A stretch of DNA of 64,000 nucleotides, taken from assembly GCA_951406725.2 (NCBI GenBank), contig OX597825.1, forward strand, positions 9,920,001 to 9,984,000, in the 5' to 3' direction. Below, piece after piece: positions 26,126-40,020 of this stretch (position 1 is the first letter of the stretch; each line of letters begins with the position of its first letter). Both the position numbers and the translations under genes were made by a program. Under the pieces are notes generated by a model. It made no database searches. It saw nothing but the letters and a program-made list of their open reading frames with translations, and was not told the origin of the DNA. Origin of the DNA: Octopus vulgaris. Taxonomy: Eukaryota.

Positions 26126-26822
26126 ATGATTATGATGATGATGTCGATGATGATGATGATGATGATGATGATGGTGATGATAGTGATAATGACTTTATAT
26201 TTCATTTTAAAAAAATGTGACTTAGAAGAATTAGCAGGGCATCAGACAAAAATGCCTTGTGGTACTTAATTCCATTATTTTGGATTGTGTATTTATATCC
26301 CGCTGGGGACCAACTTTTTTGCCTTTTCATTCTTCATAGACTGATTAAAATAAGTACTGCCAAAATCCCTCACCCCACCCTCACCCCACCCCCTGCTTTC
26401 CTACCAAATTTATGGTCTTGATCCTTTGTGCTTGTATTAAAAATCAATATCTTTTTCATTAAATTGCCATTTTTAACCAAATTCCTGCAATTGGTAGAGG
26501 GCTCGTGATTTCACCGTTCCACTGAGTGGGTTGTGCAGTTATGCAGAAAATTAGTCAGGTAATAAAAACAAAATAGAATTTAGTGTTCTGAGATGGCAGT
26601 GTTCTTAGTCTAAGTATAAAGCTCACTTCCAGAAAATTCCTGATATAAAAATAAAAAAAACAAACAAAAAGAAAAAGAAAAAGAAACATGCAGAAAACGG
26701 TAAAGATACTGAACTGATTTCCCTGAAGAAAAATGCAGTTTGATTAGAAAGAAGGAAAGAAAGAAAGAAAGAAAGAAAGAATGAATGACTATAATGAACT
26801 TGGCTCCAAATAACAATTGTGT

Positions 26823-26867
<45 letters not shown>

Positions 26868-27423
26868 CTGTAGCAGCAGTGGTGGTGATAGTAGTAGTAG
26901 TGATGGTGATAGCAGCAGTAGTGGTGGTTGTAGTGGTGGTGGTGGTGGTGGTGCTAATAGTAGTAGTAGTAGTAGTAGCAGCAGTGGTGGTGATGGCAGT
27001 GGTGTTGGTAGTGGTGGTGGTGGTGGTGGTGTTAGTAGTAGTAATAGTAGTAGTAGCCGTTGGTGTAACCCCCCCCATCCTTTACCCAGAAGCTTGGCTT
27101 ATGTGAGTTGTTGATTGGTTGTTTGTTTGCTGTACCATATTGGGTGGGGTTGGATGTGCAGGTGAGAAAATAAAAACAAAACAACAACAACAACAACAAC
27201 AACAGCAGCTTCATCAATGTACTAAATTAGCAAACGAGGATTTATAACGAGTGATAAAAAGAAAATTGATAATTCATTAATGAAGATAAAATTAGCCACA
27301 CCAGATACTTGAGTTATTATCTTTTAATGTTTTTATTTAACAACTAAATTAGAGTTTTGAAAAAAAACAGGATTGTGTTATACAAACTGTTCTATATTTT
27401 TTTGAGAAATGAGGAATTTTGTG

Positions 27424-27573
27424 CATTATTTACATTGGACAGATTTGTGTCCTCATCTTGTTTCTTGTTACCACAACATTTCGGCTAATTTACTCTCCAG
27501 CCTTCATCAGGTGTCCTGGTAGAATTTTGAACCCAACCCTGGGTTCTCGTTCCTAAGGTATTTTTTTTGCTGA

Positions 27574-27648
<75 letters not shown>

Positions 27649-27690
27649 GGCACTGCCTGGAATTGAACTCGCAATCTTGGGGTTAGTAGC
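27424..27690 (-). mobile_element. 5'-truncated inverted copy of the tRNA-headed, hammerhead-bearing element
   Basis: Reverse complement of 27725-27769 plus 28065-28222; hammerhead variant at 27470-27515. Confidence 0.75.
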
Positions 27691-27695
27691 TCTTA

Positions 27696-27801
27696 GGCAT
27701 ATAGCATAATGGTTAAGAGTGCAGGCTGCTAACCCCAAGATTCTGAGTTCAATTCCAGGCAGTGCCTTGAATAAATATTAACAAGAATAATAACAAAAAT
27801 C

Positions 27802-27857
<56 letters not shown>

Positions 27858-28016
27858 AATGATAATAATAATAATAATAACAATAACAATAATAATAATA
27901 ATAATAACATGAACTTCCAACTTGTTGTCTCTTGAGGTCTCTGAGTGAGATTTGGAGCCAACTTGTACAAATGTAAAGCAAAAGTCAAACATAGAATAAT
28001 AATAATAATCATAATC

Positions 28017-28059
<43 letters not shown>

Positions 28060-28222
28060 TAATAGTATCAGCAAAAAGAATACCTTAGGAATGAGAACCT
28101 AGTGTTGGGTTCAAAATTTTACCAGGACACCTGATGAAGGCTGGAGAGTAAATCAGCCGAAACGTTGTGGTAACAACAAACAAGATGAGGACACATATCC
28201 GTCCAATGTAAATAATGTAAAT
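27696..28222 (+). mobile_element. tRNA-headed SINE-like element with an (AAT)n spacer and a 3' hammerhead
   Basis: A box TAGCATAATGG at 27702, GG-CT-GCT-AA-CC anticodon-like arm, B box GTTCAATTCC at 27747, hammerhead at 28126-28170. An R4/Dong 3' UTR piece is nested at about 27907-27995; a further tail copy lies at 3524-3572. Confidence 0.7.
28126..28170 (+). ncRNA. Minimal type-I hammerhead ribozyme motif
   Basis: GACAC-CTGATGA-A-GGCTG-gagagtaaat-CAGCC-GAAAC-GTT-GTG; palindrome AACGTT; stem I CAC/GTG. Confidence 0.7.
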
Positions 28223-28920
28223 AGTGTGTTATATATATATTTGTATGTCTGTGCATTATTGTGCATGAGTGTGTATGCATGTATAAGCATATGTTTGGGT
28301 GATTGTATATATATTAATGGGTGTGTATGTGTATCTGTATGTATTTATGTTTGTGTGTATGCACTCATGAGTGTATGTATGTATATGTGTATATGTATGT
28401 CTATTGGTTTCACATTTTAGCACAAAGCCAGCAATTTCGAGGTTGGGATTGAGGGAGGAATTACATCAACCCCAGTACTCAACTGGTACTTATTTTACTG
28501 ACTCCAACACACAACAGCCTTCTTTCTGTTTTCATCTACTAAATCCACTCACAAGGCTTTGCTTGGCCCGAGGTTATAGTAAAAGAAACTTGCCCAAGGT
28601 TCCACACAGTGGAACTGAACCCAGAACCATGTGACTGGAAAACAAGCTTCTTACCACACAGCCACACCTGTACCTATGTATGTATATCATTCTGTTTGAA
28701 AGTGTATAAAGATTTAGCAGCTGAGATTTTTGTTTAAACTACACACCTGCATATATAAAATACGCATAAAGCTACAAGACCCCCACATATCAATAGCTCT
28801 TTGTTGCCAAAAAGAAAGAAGCTTTTGCACCATGCAACTGCTCGTCACAACTCTAATTTGCATAACGAATATGCTATATATGGTAACTCTTCGATTAAAA
28901 AGATAATGAATGATAAAAAG

Positions 28921-29464
28921 TGAAGTATATTTGCCACTTAAATGTGGCTAACCACTAAGGGTGGATGCTACTGTATCTTGTAGCCCCAGGAGAACATCTT
29001 CTCCAGCTGGCTATTGACACACTTTCTGTGCCCTATCGGTATTTGCAAAGGGAAGCCATCCTTCCCATCATCGACCTGATGTGATATACATGGACCCGGG
29101 TTTCTGGGTATTTACCCATCGTCAGTGTACGACAATCACCGGTCTTCGATGCGAAGGGGTCCCAATGCAAATACATATATCCTTTTTCCAGTGACGAAAA
29201 GTCACTGATCATGCACTGACGATGGGTAAATATTCAGAAACCCAGGTCCGTGCGTACCACATCAAGTCGATGATGGGAAGGATGGCTTCCCTTTGCAAAT
29301 ACTGATAGGGCACAGAAAGTGTATCAATAGCCAGCTGGAGAAGATGTTCTCCTGGGGCTACAAGCTACAGTAGCATCCACCCTTAATGGTTAGCCACATT
29401 TAATTGGCAAATATACTTCACATTGTCGTGCAGCTACTGTTTATACCTCGTTCAGAGCTTTATT
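28921..29464. mobile_element. Palindromic non-autonomous Penelope-type element with a 12-bp TSD
   Basis: Arms about 28921-29132 and 29209-29421, a 43-nt tail, TSD AATGATAAAAAG at 28909-28920 and 29465-29476, and hammerhead-like cores at 29087-29129(-) and 29212-29254(+). Confidence 0.75.
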
Positions 29465-30805
29465 AATGATAAAAAGATTAATCCAGTTAGATCTGCCATG
29501 TAAAATATGAGGGTGAGAGAGTTCTAAATACAAAAAAATAACTTACCTGATGAAATTCTGGATGCCTCACATGTAAATTAGATTGGCACTGGCTCTTTCA
29601 AGACTGAAACTTAAAGGAAAAGTAAATCCTGGATGAAAATCAAATCTTTGAATTCATTCCAATTTAACCAAAATTTTGGTAAATGTTTGGAACCTAGATG
29701 TTCAAGAAAACAATAAAAGGCAGCTTGACAATGTTGAAATGGTAAAGACATGCCTGAAATATTATGGGAATTTTATGAACATGTTCCGGGTGAGTAAATC
29801 TAGTTAGAATTAAGTGTCGAGGAATATAAGCATGGTATGAATTTATGCATCTGTGTATGCATTCATGTGGAACATCAGATTCGTCAGTGCTGAAGAGAGC
29901 GATACATTCTTTAATGTTACATCAAAGTGTAATTTTATAGAACTAAATCAAAGACCTTCTTATAAAATATGCTGATTTTAAATTTATATAACAAATGACT
30001 AATTAAGCAATATTTTGCACAACAGGATAGATTTATGATAGTGCTTAGACTTTGCTGAAATGTTTGAAGCCATTCATTTGCAATACATTCTATATATGTA
30101 TATATATACATATTGTTTTGGCTTACAGCCCTCACCATTTGCTTTTAATGTCTTGTTCTCATTGTCCTGTTCTTGTTACCACTTTCACCCTCTGAAAAAA
30201 AATCCCAAATTTTATTTAATTTGCTTTGCGGGAAGGAGTTTCAACAAAGTCGCGTATTGTCCTTGCCTTCAAAACACAGAGTAGATGAAACAGGGACAAC
30301 TGAAGAAGGGGAATATTCTTTATGTTGCATGTCTTGTTTCTCTGTTTTTTTGTTGTTCGAAGAAAAAGTTTGTTTTCTATGTTTTTGCTTTTATGTTTTC
30401 GTTTCTCATTGTGTTCAACGTTTTTTTGATGTCCTGTACCCATATATGCATTCATGAATTTATTTATTTATTAGTTTTTTGAAATACATATTCTACCTGT
30501 GAATTTGCATGTGTAATCTGGGAATGCATGCAATGAGCTTCTGTACAGAAAACACTTGGTGAGAAATGGAGAAAAATTTGAAGAAAGAAGGAAAAAATAA
30601 TAATAATAATAATTACAACAGCATCAGCAAAAATAATGATAATTGTTTCTAATTAAGGCACAAGGCCAGCAATTTGAGGGGAAGGGGTCAAGCTGATATC
30701 TTCAACTCCAGTACTTGACTGGTTCTTTATTTTATTGACCAGAAAATGATGAAAAAATCAAAGCTGACCCTGGTGAGATTTAACATCAGAATATAAAGAG
30801 GTGTA

Positions 30806-30839
30806 CTTACATATAAGAGAACAAAGTGTACGTACACCG

Positions 30840-30875
<36 letters not shown>

Positions 30876-31193
30876 AAATACAAAATGGGACAAGAACGCA
30901 AAACATCTGGACAACTAGGTGATACAAAAGGGGACAACAAAACATCCAGATAGACGATACAAAAAAACAAGGACGGGTCATTTGAAGCCTTTTATCTTCA
31001 GTCAAGAACCGGATCATCCTTGCAATTTTGGTTGATTAATCTTGAGATTGCTCCAATCTGGCCAGCCCCAAGGAAAAACTAAGCTAAGAGCATTAGATTC
31101 CTTGGAAAAAAGCATCGAATGTATACAAAACAAGGACGGAAAAACAGACGATATTACACGAATATAAATACAAAAATACAATAAAAAAACAAT
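30806..31193. mobile_element. Unclassified insertion into a family-B SINE with a 16-bp TSD
   Basis: AATATAAAGAGGTGTA at 30790-30805 and 31194-31209; SINE sequence precedes the insertion and resumes after it. Confidence 0.65.
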
Positions 31194-31641
31194 AATATAA
31201 AGAGGTGTAGCTACATACAGCAAAGCATGATAGCCAAGACATCATCAGTTGCCTTGACAACAATACGACTATTATTATTACTACTATTACCTCTCCATTC
31301 CCTAGAAAAAACAGAATGAATTTGACTGCGGTTCTGAAAATACATAGAGTTAGAAATACATCAAATTATCACGATTTATATAACTGACTTCTGATTTAAG
31401 GGAATAAACGCCTTTTTGGATGTATATAAATAGATAGATGGATCACATGACTTAGGATTCACCGGGAAACATATTCTAGTCATTTCTCATGTAGAAAGAA
31501 AAATCCATGTCCATAATATCTGCAGTTTATACATACATATATATATAGATACATATATATATATGCATATTAAAAAATATATATATATACACATGCATAT
31601 TTATATATATGTATCTATATATATCTATATATATCTATATT

Positions 31642-31672
<31 letters not shown>

Positions 31673-31681
31673 GTATATATA

Positions 31682-31714
<33 letters not shown>

Positions 31715-31725
31715 GTATATACATA

Positions 31726-31830
<105 letters not shown>

Positions 31831-32741
31831 TTCCGATCCATTACGTTCAGTGTAGGTGTTAGTGATATCTTAATATGTAGGGAGATAAAAACAAAAAACA
31901 AAAAAAAAAACATTACCACAAGCAATGTCGTTAAGATATATTTATATATTATGTTTAATAATATTCTCCGTATTGAGTGAGAGAATTCTTGGCAACACAA
32001 ATGGCTGCTTATATTCAATATAAAACAAATTGCATAGGAGTTTTATTATATTTTATTATATTTTATTTTATTTTATTTTATTTTATTTATTTAGTTAGCA
32101 ATATTGTTGTTACCAGGAGAATCACCAGCCTCCAGTTAGTTTTGTTCTATTTATGCAATATATAAATGCAGCACCAATTATTTTCTTTATTTTTAAGCCC
32201 ACGAGTTTGGACAGAATCTGAAGGTTGTTGGTGCCGCTCTGGCAGCAGTCTGTGGCATTGTGTATTGAACAACGTCAGTTCTTTGTAAAAGGTGCCACAC
32301 TCGATGCATGTTGCAAGGGGGTTTTGTTGGCTGGTCTGAGGTGGTGACTAGTGGAGTTGATGAATGAAAATGAATTTCTTAGGCTGTGTTAAGAAGGAAC
32401 CGAACAACACCTGTGAACATTTAACAGGTGTTATTATTGCACTGTGAACGCGTGTGGCTTGGTGGTTAGAGCATTCAACTTGCGATTGAGAGATCATGAG
32501 TAAAAGAAAGAAGTAAAAACATATAATAATGGTTTCAAATTTTGCCACAGGGGCAGGCATTTTTGGGGAGGGGATGGGCCGATTACAGTAACCCCAGTGT
32601 TTCATTGGTACATAATTTATTGACCCTGAAAGGCAAAGTCAACCTCAGCAGAGTTTGAACTCAAAACATGAAGACAGACAACATACTGCTAAGCATTTTA
32701 CCCAGCATGCTATGTAATGCTGCCAAGCTCACCACCTAATA

Positions 32742-32787
<46 letters not shown>

Positions 32788-33629
32788 CCTTTCTACTGAA
32801 GTTACAAGGCCTGAAATTTGTGGGGAGTGGGTAAGTCTATTGCATTGACCCTGGTAGTTGACTGGTACCCATTTTATTAACCCTGAGACAATGAAATGCA
32901 AAGCTGACCATGGCAGAATTTGAACTCAGAACATAAAGGGCTGGAAAAATACTACTAAGCATTTTGTGCAACACATGGACCAATCTGCGGTTGGCCCATC
33001 ATAACTGGAAACCACAGAGCTGTACTCATGGCAATGGAGATTACTGACATCTATCTGCTATCTGTCTTAATCGTCTTCCTGGGTTGTCTGGCTGTGGCAA
33101 AGAAAGGAGACACAATGCACAGCTAACTCAACATTCTGCCTGGAAAGAAGTGAGATGTGGGAACAAGTCAGCTGGTCTCAATGCTCTGCAAAGAGCATCG
33201 GCTCTAAAAAGGGCACAAGGAGAAGATTCTAGAAAATTGAATCACATAATGGCTTGATTCAATTGGTTGTTTAATACACCAATCATGTGAAACTATTCGG
33301 AATGAGTCAGTAGCTTTCTTAAGAAGATGGAACTCCATACCACACAAGTAAGGTATCACAAACCAGCACCGTACATATACAAAAATTAATCATATTCCTT
33401 GCTTTATGGTATGTCATCTAATCAGTCCCATTTATATATGTATGTATGATTGTATGTATATATCATCATCATCATCATCATCGTTTAACGTCCGTTTTCC
33501 ATGCTAGCATGGGTTAGATGGTTCAACCGGGGTCTGGGAAGCCAGGAGGCTGCACCAGTCTCCAGTCTGATCTGGCAGTGTTTCTACAGCTGGATGCCCT
33601 TCCTAACGCCAACCACTCTGTGAGTGTAG

Positions 33630-33690
<61 letters not shown>

Positions 33691-33779
33691 TTATACTTGT
33701 ACATATGTCCATATATGTGTCTATGTATACATTTGAACACACACAAACACATACACACATGCACAGATACACACATTTT

Positions 33780-34262
33780 ATTTTTTACTTGTTTCAGTTT
33801 TTAGACTGTGGCCATGCTGGGGCACTGCCTTGGAGATTTTTTTTGTCAAATGAGTTGGCCCCTGTACTTAGTTTTTTTCTTAATGCCTGGTACTTATTAT
33901 ATTGGTCACTTTTGTCAAACCGTTAAGTTACAGGGATGTAAACACACCAACACCAGTTGTCAAGTCATGGTGAAGAACAAACACATATACAAAGATGTAC
34001 ACACACACACATGCACACACAAGCACGCACACATATATGTATATGTATGAATATGTATGTATGTTTGTGTGTGTGTGAGTGTGTGTGTGTGTATGTGTGA
34101 TGGGATTCTTTCAGTTTCCATCTGCCAGATCTACTCACAAGGCTTTGGTTGGCCTGAGGTCCATGGTAAAAGATACTTATCCAATGTGCCAGGAGGTGGG
34201 ACTGAACCAGGACCCATGTGGTTGGGAAGCAAACTTCTTGTCACACAGCCATGCCTGTTTCT
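33780..34262 (-). mobile_element. SINE family A, older diverged copy
   Basis: Colinear with 88-510. Confidence 0.75.
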
Positions 34263-35782
34263 ATACTGATACCAACATCCATATGTGTGTGTGGGTGTAC
34301 ATAAGAGTGTTTGTGTGGTTTGGTATTTAAAGCTTTTCAATGATGAGGAAATAGAAAGTAAAGTACAAATTGATCCCAATAAGCAACAATATAAATTAAT
34401 GACTGATGTTAGCTTCATAAAAGGAAGCCAGCAAGAAAGAAATTTTTACCATTAAAAATAATTAAAAAAATGTTGAATAAATAAAAAATAAAATAAATAC
34501 GAACTGTTTAAACAAATGGCAACTCTAGGAGGATCCTCCTACTTAGAAAAATATTAACTATTAACAAAGGAAGAGGAAGACAGTTCTCTGTGGACATTGA
34601 GAACAATATCTGTAGGACAATTTTGCTTTTGTCATTTAAATCCAGGATAGCAGACTCAAGAAGTTCCCAAACAAAGAAACATGTCTATTTTGCTATGAGT
34701 GACTGAACAAAAGACGACATCCATTTCAGTGAGTAAGATTAAAAGCAAAGAGAGAAACAAATATGAATATATATTTTTTTTTTAAATGTGAAGAGTGGTT
34801 ATCATTTATGAATAATTTTAATGAATGACGATATTGTCTGTAATATCATTTGTCTGAAAGTGAAAGTAAAATTGCTGTGTGGATAAGGTGCGTTTGGATT
34901 TCCAGCTCATAAATTTTGTGTTCAATTCATCTCGTTATTGGCAGTAAAATAGACCTAAAGGCAAATCTCTTAATGTTTGTTTGAGACGAAGGAGATTCTT
35001 CATTATTATCAGAAAAGTTTTTCAGTTCAAAACTTCTACAATATGTTTGTGGAGTATTTGGTTAATGGGTTGTTCTAATCAGTTTCCATGGGCTTGCAAT
35101 GGTTAATGAACACGGCCCCTTCATCAAGACCAAAGTAATAAAAAAAAAAGAAGTATAATTAATTCTATAATTTTAGTTTACTAATATGTTGGGAAAGTTA
35201 AAATGATTATCTTGGAATGTAACTTGAACTCACTCTCATCTGGTTTATGCCATGAAACTAGAGCTAAAAGCTTGACCTCAAAAGTTTCCCACACTTTCTG
35301 GTTTAGTAGTTAGGGTGTCAGCACCATAATCGTAAGATTGTGGTTTCGATTCCTGGGCTAGGCGATGCGTTGTGCTCATGAGCAAAACACTTCATTTTAC
35401 ATTGCTCCAGTCCACTCAGTTGGCAAAAATGAGTAACGCTGTGATGGACTAGCAGGCATCCCGTACAGCTGGGGAACATATACGCCATATAAACCAGGAA
35501 ACTGGGCCCATGAGTCTGGATAGGCTTTGAAAGGGCGTATTCATTTATTTATTTTTCTTATTTCTATGAAATGAAAGCTGACATTGAGTTGGATGGATTT
35601 TATTTTAGGCAGATTTTCTATGGCCAAATGCCCTTCCTATCACCAACTGTTACCTATTTCTGAGCAAGGTAATACTTCAACTTGGTTATGCAAAATACTG
35701 GAAATTGACAACACTTCTTGTACGAAGGTGACAATCATTTACAACTATCAAGCAATGTGAAGACAAGGAAACACAAAAATGC

Positions 35783-35823
<41 letters not shown>

Positions 35824-35984
35824 CCCACACACATTCACACACACACAGACACACACATTCGCATACATTGAAGTAATATAAAAAGCAGACTTCTTTTCGT
35901 CTCCCATCAACCAAATCCACTCACAAGGCTTTGGTTGCCCTAGAGCAGTCATCATCATCATCGTTTACCGTCTGCTTTCCATGC

Positions 35985-36376
35985 TGGAGCACTGCCTTTA
36001 GTCAAGCAAATCGACCCCAGGACTTATTCTTTGTAAGCCTAGTACTTATTTTATTGATCTCTTTTGCCGAACCGCTAAATTACGGGGACCTAAACACACC
36101 AGCATCGGTTGTCAAACGATGTTGGGAGGACAAACACAGACACACAAACATACACACACACACACACACACACACATACACACACACACATATATATATA
36201 TACATACCTATATACGACAGACTTCTTTCAGTTTCCGTCTACCAAATCCACTTCCAAGGCTTTGGTCGGCCCGAGGCTTTAGTAGAAGACACTTGACCAA
36301 GGTGCCACGCAGTGGGAATGAACCCGGAACCATGTGGTTGGTAAGCAAGCTGCTTACCACACGGCTACTCCTGCGC
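35985..36376 (-). mobile_element. SINE family A
   Basis: Colinear with 622-1037. Confidence 0.85.
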
Positions 36377-36708
36377 TGTGTCTAATAACACTGTAACTGT
36401 AACACAGACACAACAGAAAATATGGAAGAGATGGAAAGCAAACATGAAACCAGAGAAAAAAACATCCAGAATAGTATTTAGTTGTGTTTATTTAATGACA
36501 GTTAATAATGTTCTGCTTCACTCCATATATTATGAATGATAATCGTCGGATGCATTCCCCAAATGGACAATTACTTGGTGTTTAAATATATCGCATTACA
36601 AGTGTAATTCCCTCTGGTCATTTTCATCTGAAAGTTATACATGACCTTTGAAAAGATCTTGTATAGAGAGAGCTAGATGTAACACTGCATGAGTGTGTGT
36701 GAGTGTGT

Positions 36709-36740
<32 letters not shown>

Positions 36741-36931
36741 ATCTATTTATCTATCTGTCTCTCTCCCCTCCTCTCTCCCCCTCTGTAATATCTCTCTCTC
36801 TTGCTCTCTCTCTATATACATATGTGCATACATGGCTACATATATGTATACATGTATGTATATATATATATATACATGTATGTATATATATATATATATA
36901 TATATTTTATATATATATACATATACATATA

Positions 36932-36982
<51 letters not shown>

Positions 36983-37639
36983 ATGTATGCATATATATAT
37001 ATATATATATATAATATATAATATATATATATATGTAATATATATATATACATAATATATATATATGCATGCGTGCACACACAAACACATGCGTGCACAC
37101 ACAAACACATACGTGCACACACACACACATGCACACATATATCATCTTCCTTAAAACATCTGTTTTCCACTCTGGCATCGGCTGGATGGTTTGATAGGAT
37201 CCAGTGAGCTGCAAGGTAGAAATAGTGTGGCCAGGAATAATAATGAGGAACTGAAGTGGTTTTAGGTGTAGGAGGGAGGGAGGAAGGGAGGAAGGGAGTG
37301 ATGTAGGCATCAGAAAGGAGGAGATGTAATATGGGGCCGATTTTGCTCTCAAGCGATAACAGCCACCATATGCTACCATCGATAGAAGAATGATAGCTGT
37401 TAGGGAATGAGAACTGCAGGAAATGCTTGATGGTATAGAAGGAGAGAGGAGAGACAGGGCCCTGCACCTATAAACATAACTGATTGGTTTTAGGATATCC
37501 TGTTTGCCATGATGGATTGGCCTTCTCAAGCATAGTAAATCACCAAATATATATCAGTCCTCTGTAGTCTTTTCTATAAGGCTCAACATTTTAAGCCTTC
37601 AAAACTTCATCCTGGATTTCCTGGATCTCCCTGTTCCCC

Positions 37640-37995
37640 AAATTCTGTGCATTTTAAGCAATTGGCACTTTTTTATACAACTGTTCTCATCCATATGCAT
37701 CACATTATCAAAGCAGTGTTTTCTCTCTTGCGCATTACGGCTGATTCTTCTTATGCCTAATTTTCCCCTCAGCACCATAACACTTTATCGTACAAGCACA
37801 CTGACATTGCACATCCAATGAAGCATACTAGCTTCATTCCTCTCTAGTTTTCACAGATCTACATTCAGGGCCCACCACTCACCACCTTGTAACATTGCTG
37901 CACATGCTCCAGCATCACATAATCTGCCTTTCCCTCAGAGAGAAAGACCTTTTGTTGCCAACAGGGGTTATAGCTCTCCAGGCTTTCTCTCCATC
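37640..37995 (-). mobile_element. Decayed RTE LINE fragment
   Basis: Minus strand AMLQGGEWWALNVDL*KLERNEASMLHWMCNVS, homologous to 20400-20510. Confidence 0.7.
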
Positions 37996-38151
37996 CTGTT
38001 TTCATTCTAACAACAAATTGGAGGTGGGGGTTATGTGATTTTTGAACGCATCAAAAAGCTGTCAGTGGATATACTCTCCTTTGCAGCAGTCGACGCTGTG
38101 TCTAACACGACCCATCATCTGAAATTTTGAGACTTCTGTCAGGTTTTTGTC

Positions 38152-38560
38152 TTACATCACACATAAAGTAAATTTTGAGGAACTGTGGTTATTCATTTGC
38201 GGGTAACAGGGAGCCAATGAGGTGATAGATTTGCCCTTGAACTTTGACGTTGGTGTAAATTCATGTTTATCTATCCTCTTAGATGCACCAAATGATGCCA
38301 TTTGAAATGCAGAGTTGTATTGTCTGATATTGTTCAGAAAATCCTTTGACTGGATGGAAGTGCCTTCTAGAAGATTCCTAAAAGGTTGAGAAGGAGCTGA
38401 TATTGCTGGCAATGTTACCTGACTGCCTGGGCAGCACATACCATTTGTTTCATTTGAAAATTTTAAAGCTCTACAGAAAAGACAATTTGTGTTTAGCACA
38501 CCAATTTGGACAGAGTTATCATTTTTATAAGAATGGAACGGATCATATCTGAAAATAGCT
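38152..38560 (-). mobile_element. Helitron Rep/helicase N-terminal fragment
   Basis: CLFCRALKF..ETNGMCC..S.V.LP...FLNNIRQYNSAFQMASFGA...(frameshift)FKVQGQIYHLIGSLLP, characteristic Helitron motifs. Confidence 0.85.
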
Positions 38561-39314
38561 TTAGGAGTTGTGAAGAATGAATTTGTACATTGTCTGTTTC
38601 TGAAAGCTATTCTATTGGACTTCTGTCTAATCATTAAAACATTGAAACACACACATATATTTATGTGTGTGTGTGTGTGTTTGGATGTATAGAATTTCTT
38701 CCGTAATATTTGATTTGACTTTATAATTTCATTTCATTCTGCTGAGGCTGCTTTTCTCCACTGACCATTGTCAATGCCGTAATTTATTTCTATGAAATAT
38801 GGAAATCAAATTAATAGAATTATTGATTCTTCATCAACAGACAAGGATTAGAATCATTTATCTGTGCACAAGAGAGAGAGTGTACTTTCATATGTCCTTA
38901 CTTCTGTGTGTACGTATATGTGTGTTTGTTTCTAAGTGTGTATATGTGAATTAATTTCAAGTCATAGGTTTGATTTCGTATTAGGGCACAAAAGACACGG
39001 GCTTTTGCAAGTGGGATGAAAGAATGAGGAGTCGGGATTAAGGGGGTTTTGTGAATGAGATGATGAAATGAAAGTCAGTTGGATGAAGGGATGGTAGTGC
39101 TCTGTGTGTGTAGGTGGGTGGATGGTGGTGGTAGAATAATGTTAATTTTCTAATGTATGTAGATGTTATATATTTAACATGAAACATAGCCAATGATTGA
39201 AATGATGGTGGCAGTGGTTGGTAAAAGAGAGGGAGTGAGGGAGGAAGAGAGAGAGAGAAGTAGAAGGGGAAGAGAAGGCTAGAGAGGAGAGGAGGAGGAG
39301 GCGGAGGAGGCGGA

Positions 39315-39452
39315 GAAGAAGAAGAAGAAGAAGAAGAAGAAGAAGAAGAAGAAGAAGAAGAAGAAGAAGAAGAAGAAGAAGAAGAAGAAGAAGAAGAAGA
39401 AGAAGAAGAAGAAGAAGAAGAAGAAGAAGAAGAAGAAGAAGAAGAAGAAGAA
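39315..39452. repeat. Perfect (GAA)n tract, about 138 bp
   Basis: Read directly from the sequence. Confidence 0.97.
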
Positions 39453-39924
39453 GATGGAGACAAGTAGTATTTGGTAGAATTGTTAGAAAGTTGGGAAAAT
39501 GATTTGCTGTGTTTCTTTGAGCTGAAGCATAGGAGCTGATGGCGTCAACTTAATCCCTCTCATTAGAAAACATCATCATCATCATCATTATTATTATTAT
39601 CATTATTATTATCATTATTATTATTCTGTTGATGTCGACTTTGCCTTTCATCCTCGAGTGGCTGATAAAATAAGCACCAGTTGATCAGTGGAGGTCGATT
39701 GTCATTGACTTAACCCCCTCCCCTAAAGTTGCTGGCCTTGGGCCAAAATTTGAAACCGTTATTATTATTATCATTATTATTATTGATAAAAATAATAACA
39801 ATCAAAATCATAACAACAACAACAACGACAACAATAATAAGAGAACCAGAGTCTGCAATTGTTCTCTGTTGCAACAGAGAATAATAATTAATAGGTAGGA
39901 ACGCAAGTGAGAGGCAGTGACAGG

Positions 39925-40020
39925 GAATAATAATTACTACAAGAATTTATGGGATTTTCTCACAGAGACTGACCATACTATGGAAGCAAGAAGAGCAGAT
40001 ATGATTATAGAGGACAAAAC
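39925..40020 (+). mobile_element. R4/Dong-like endonuclease fragment
   Basis: NLWDFLTETDHTMEARRADMIIEDK resembles the LWDF.IQTD....ARRPD motif. Confidence 0.55.

Noticed and set aside
29652-29789. + strand open frame ending at CGG|GTGAGT
   Set aside because: There is no convincing acceptor or homology.
34646-34728. + strand exon (TCCAG| ... |GTGAGT)
   Set aside because: All three frames are closed and the splice signals alone are not sufficient evidence.
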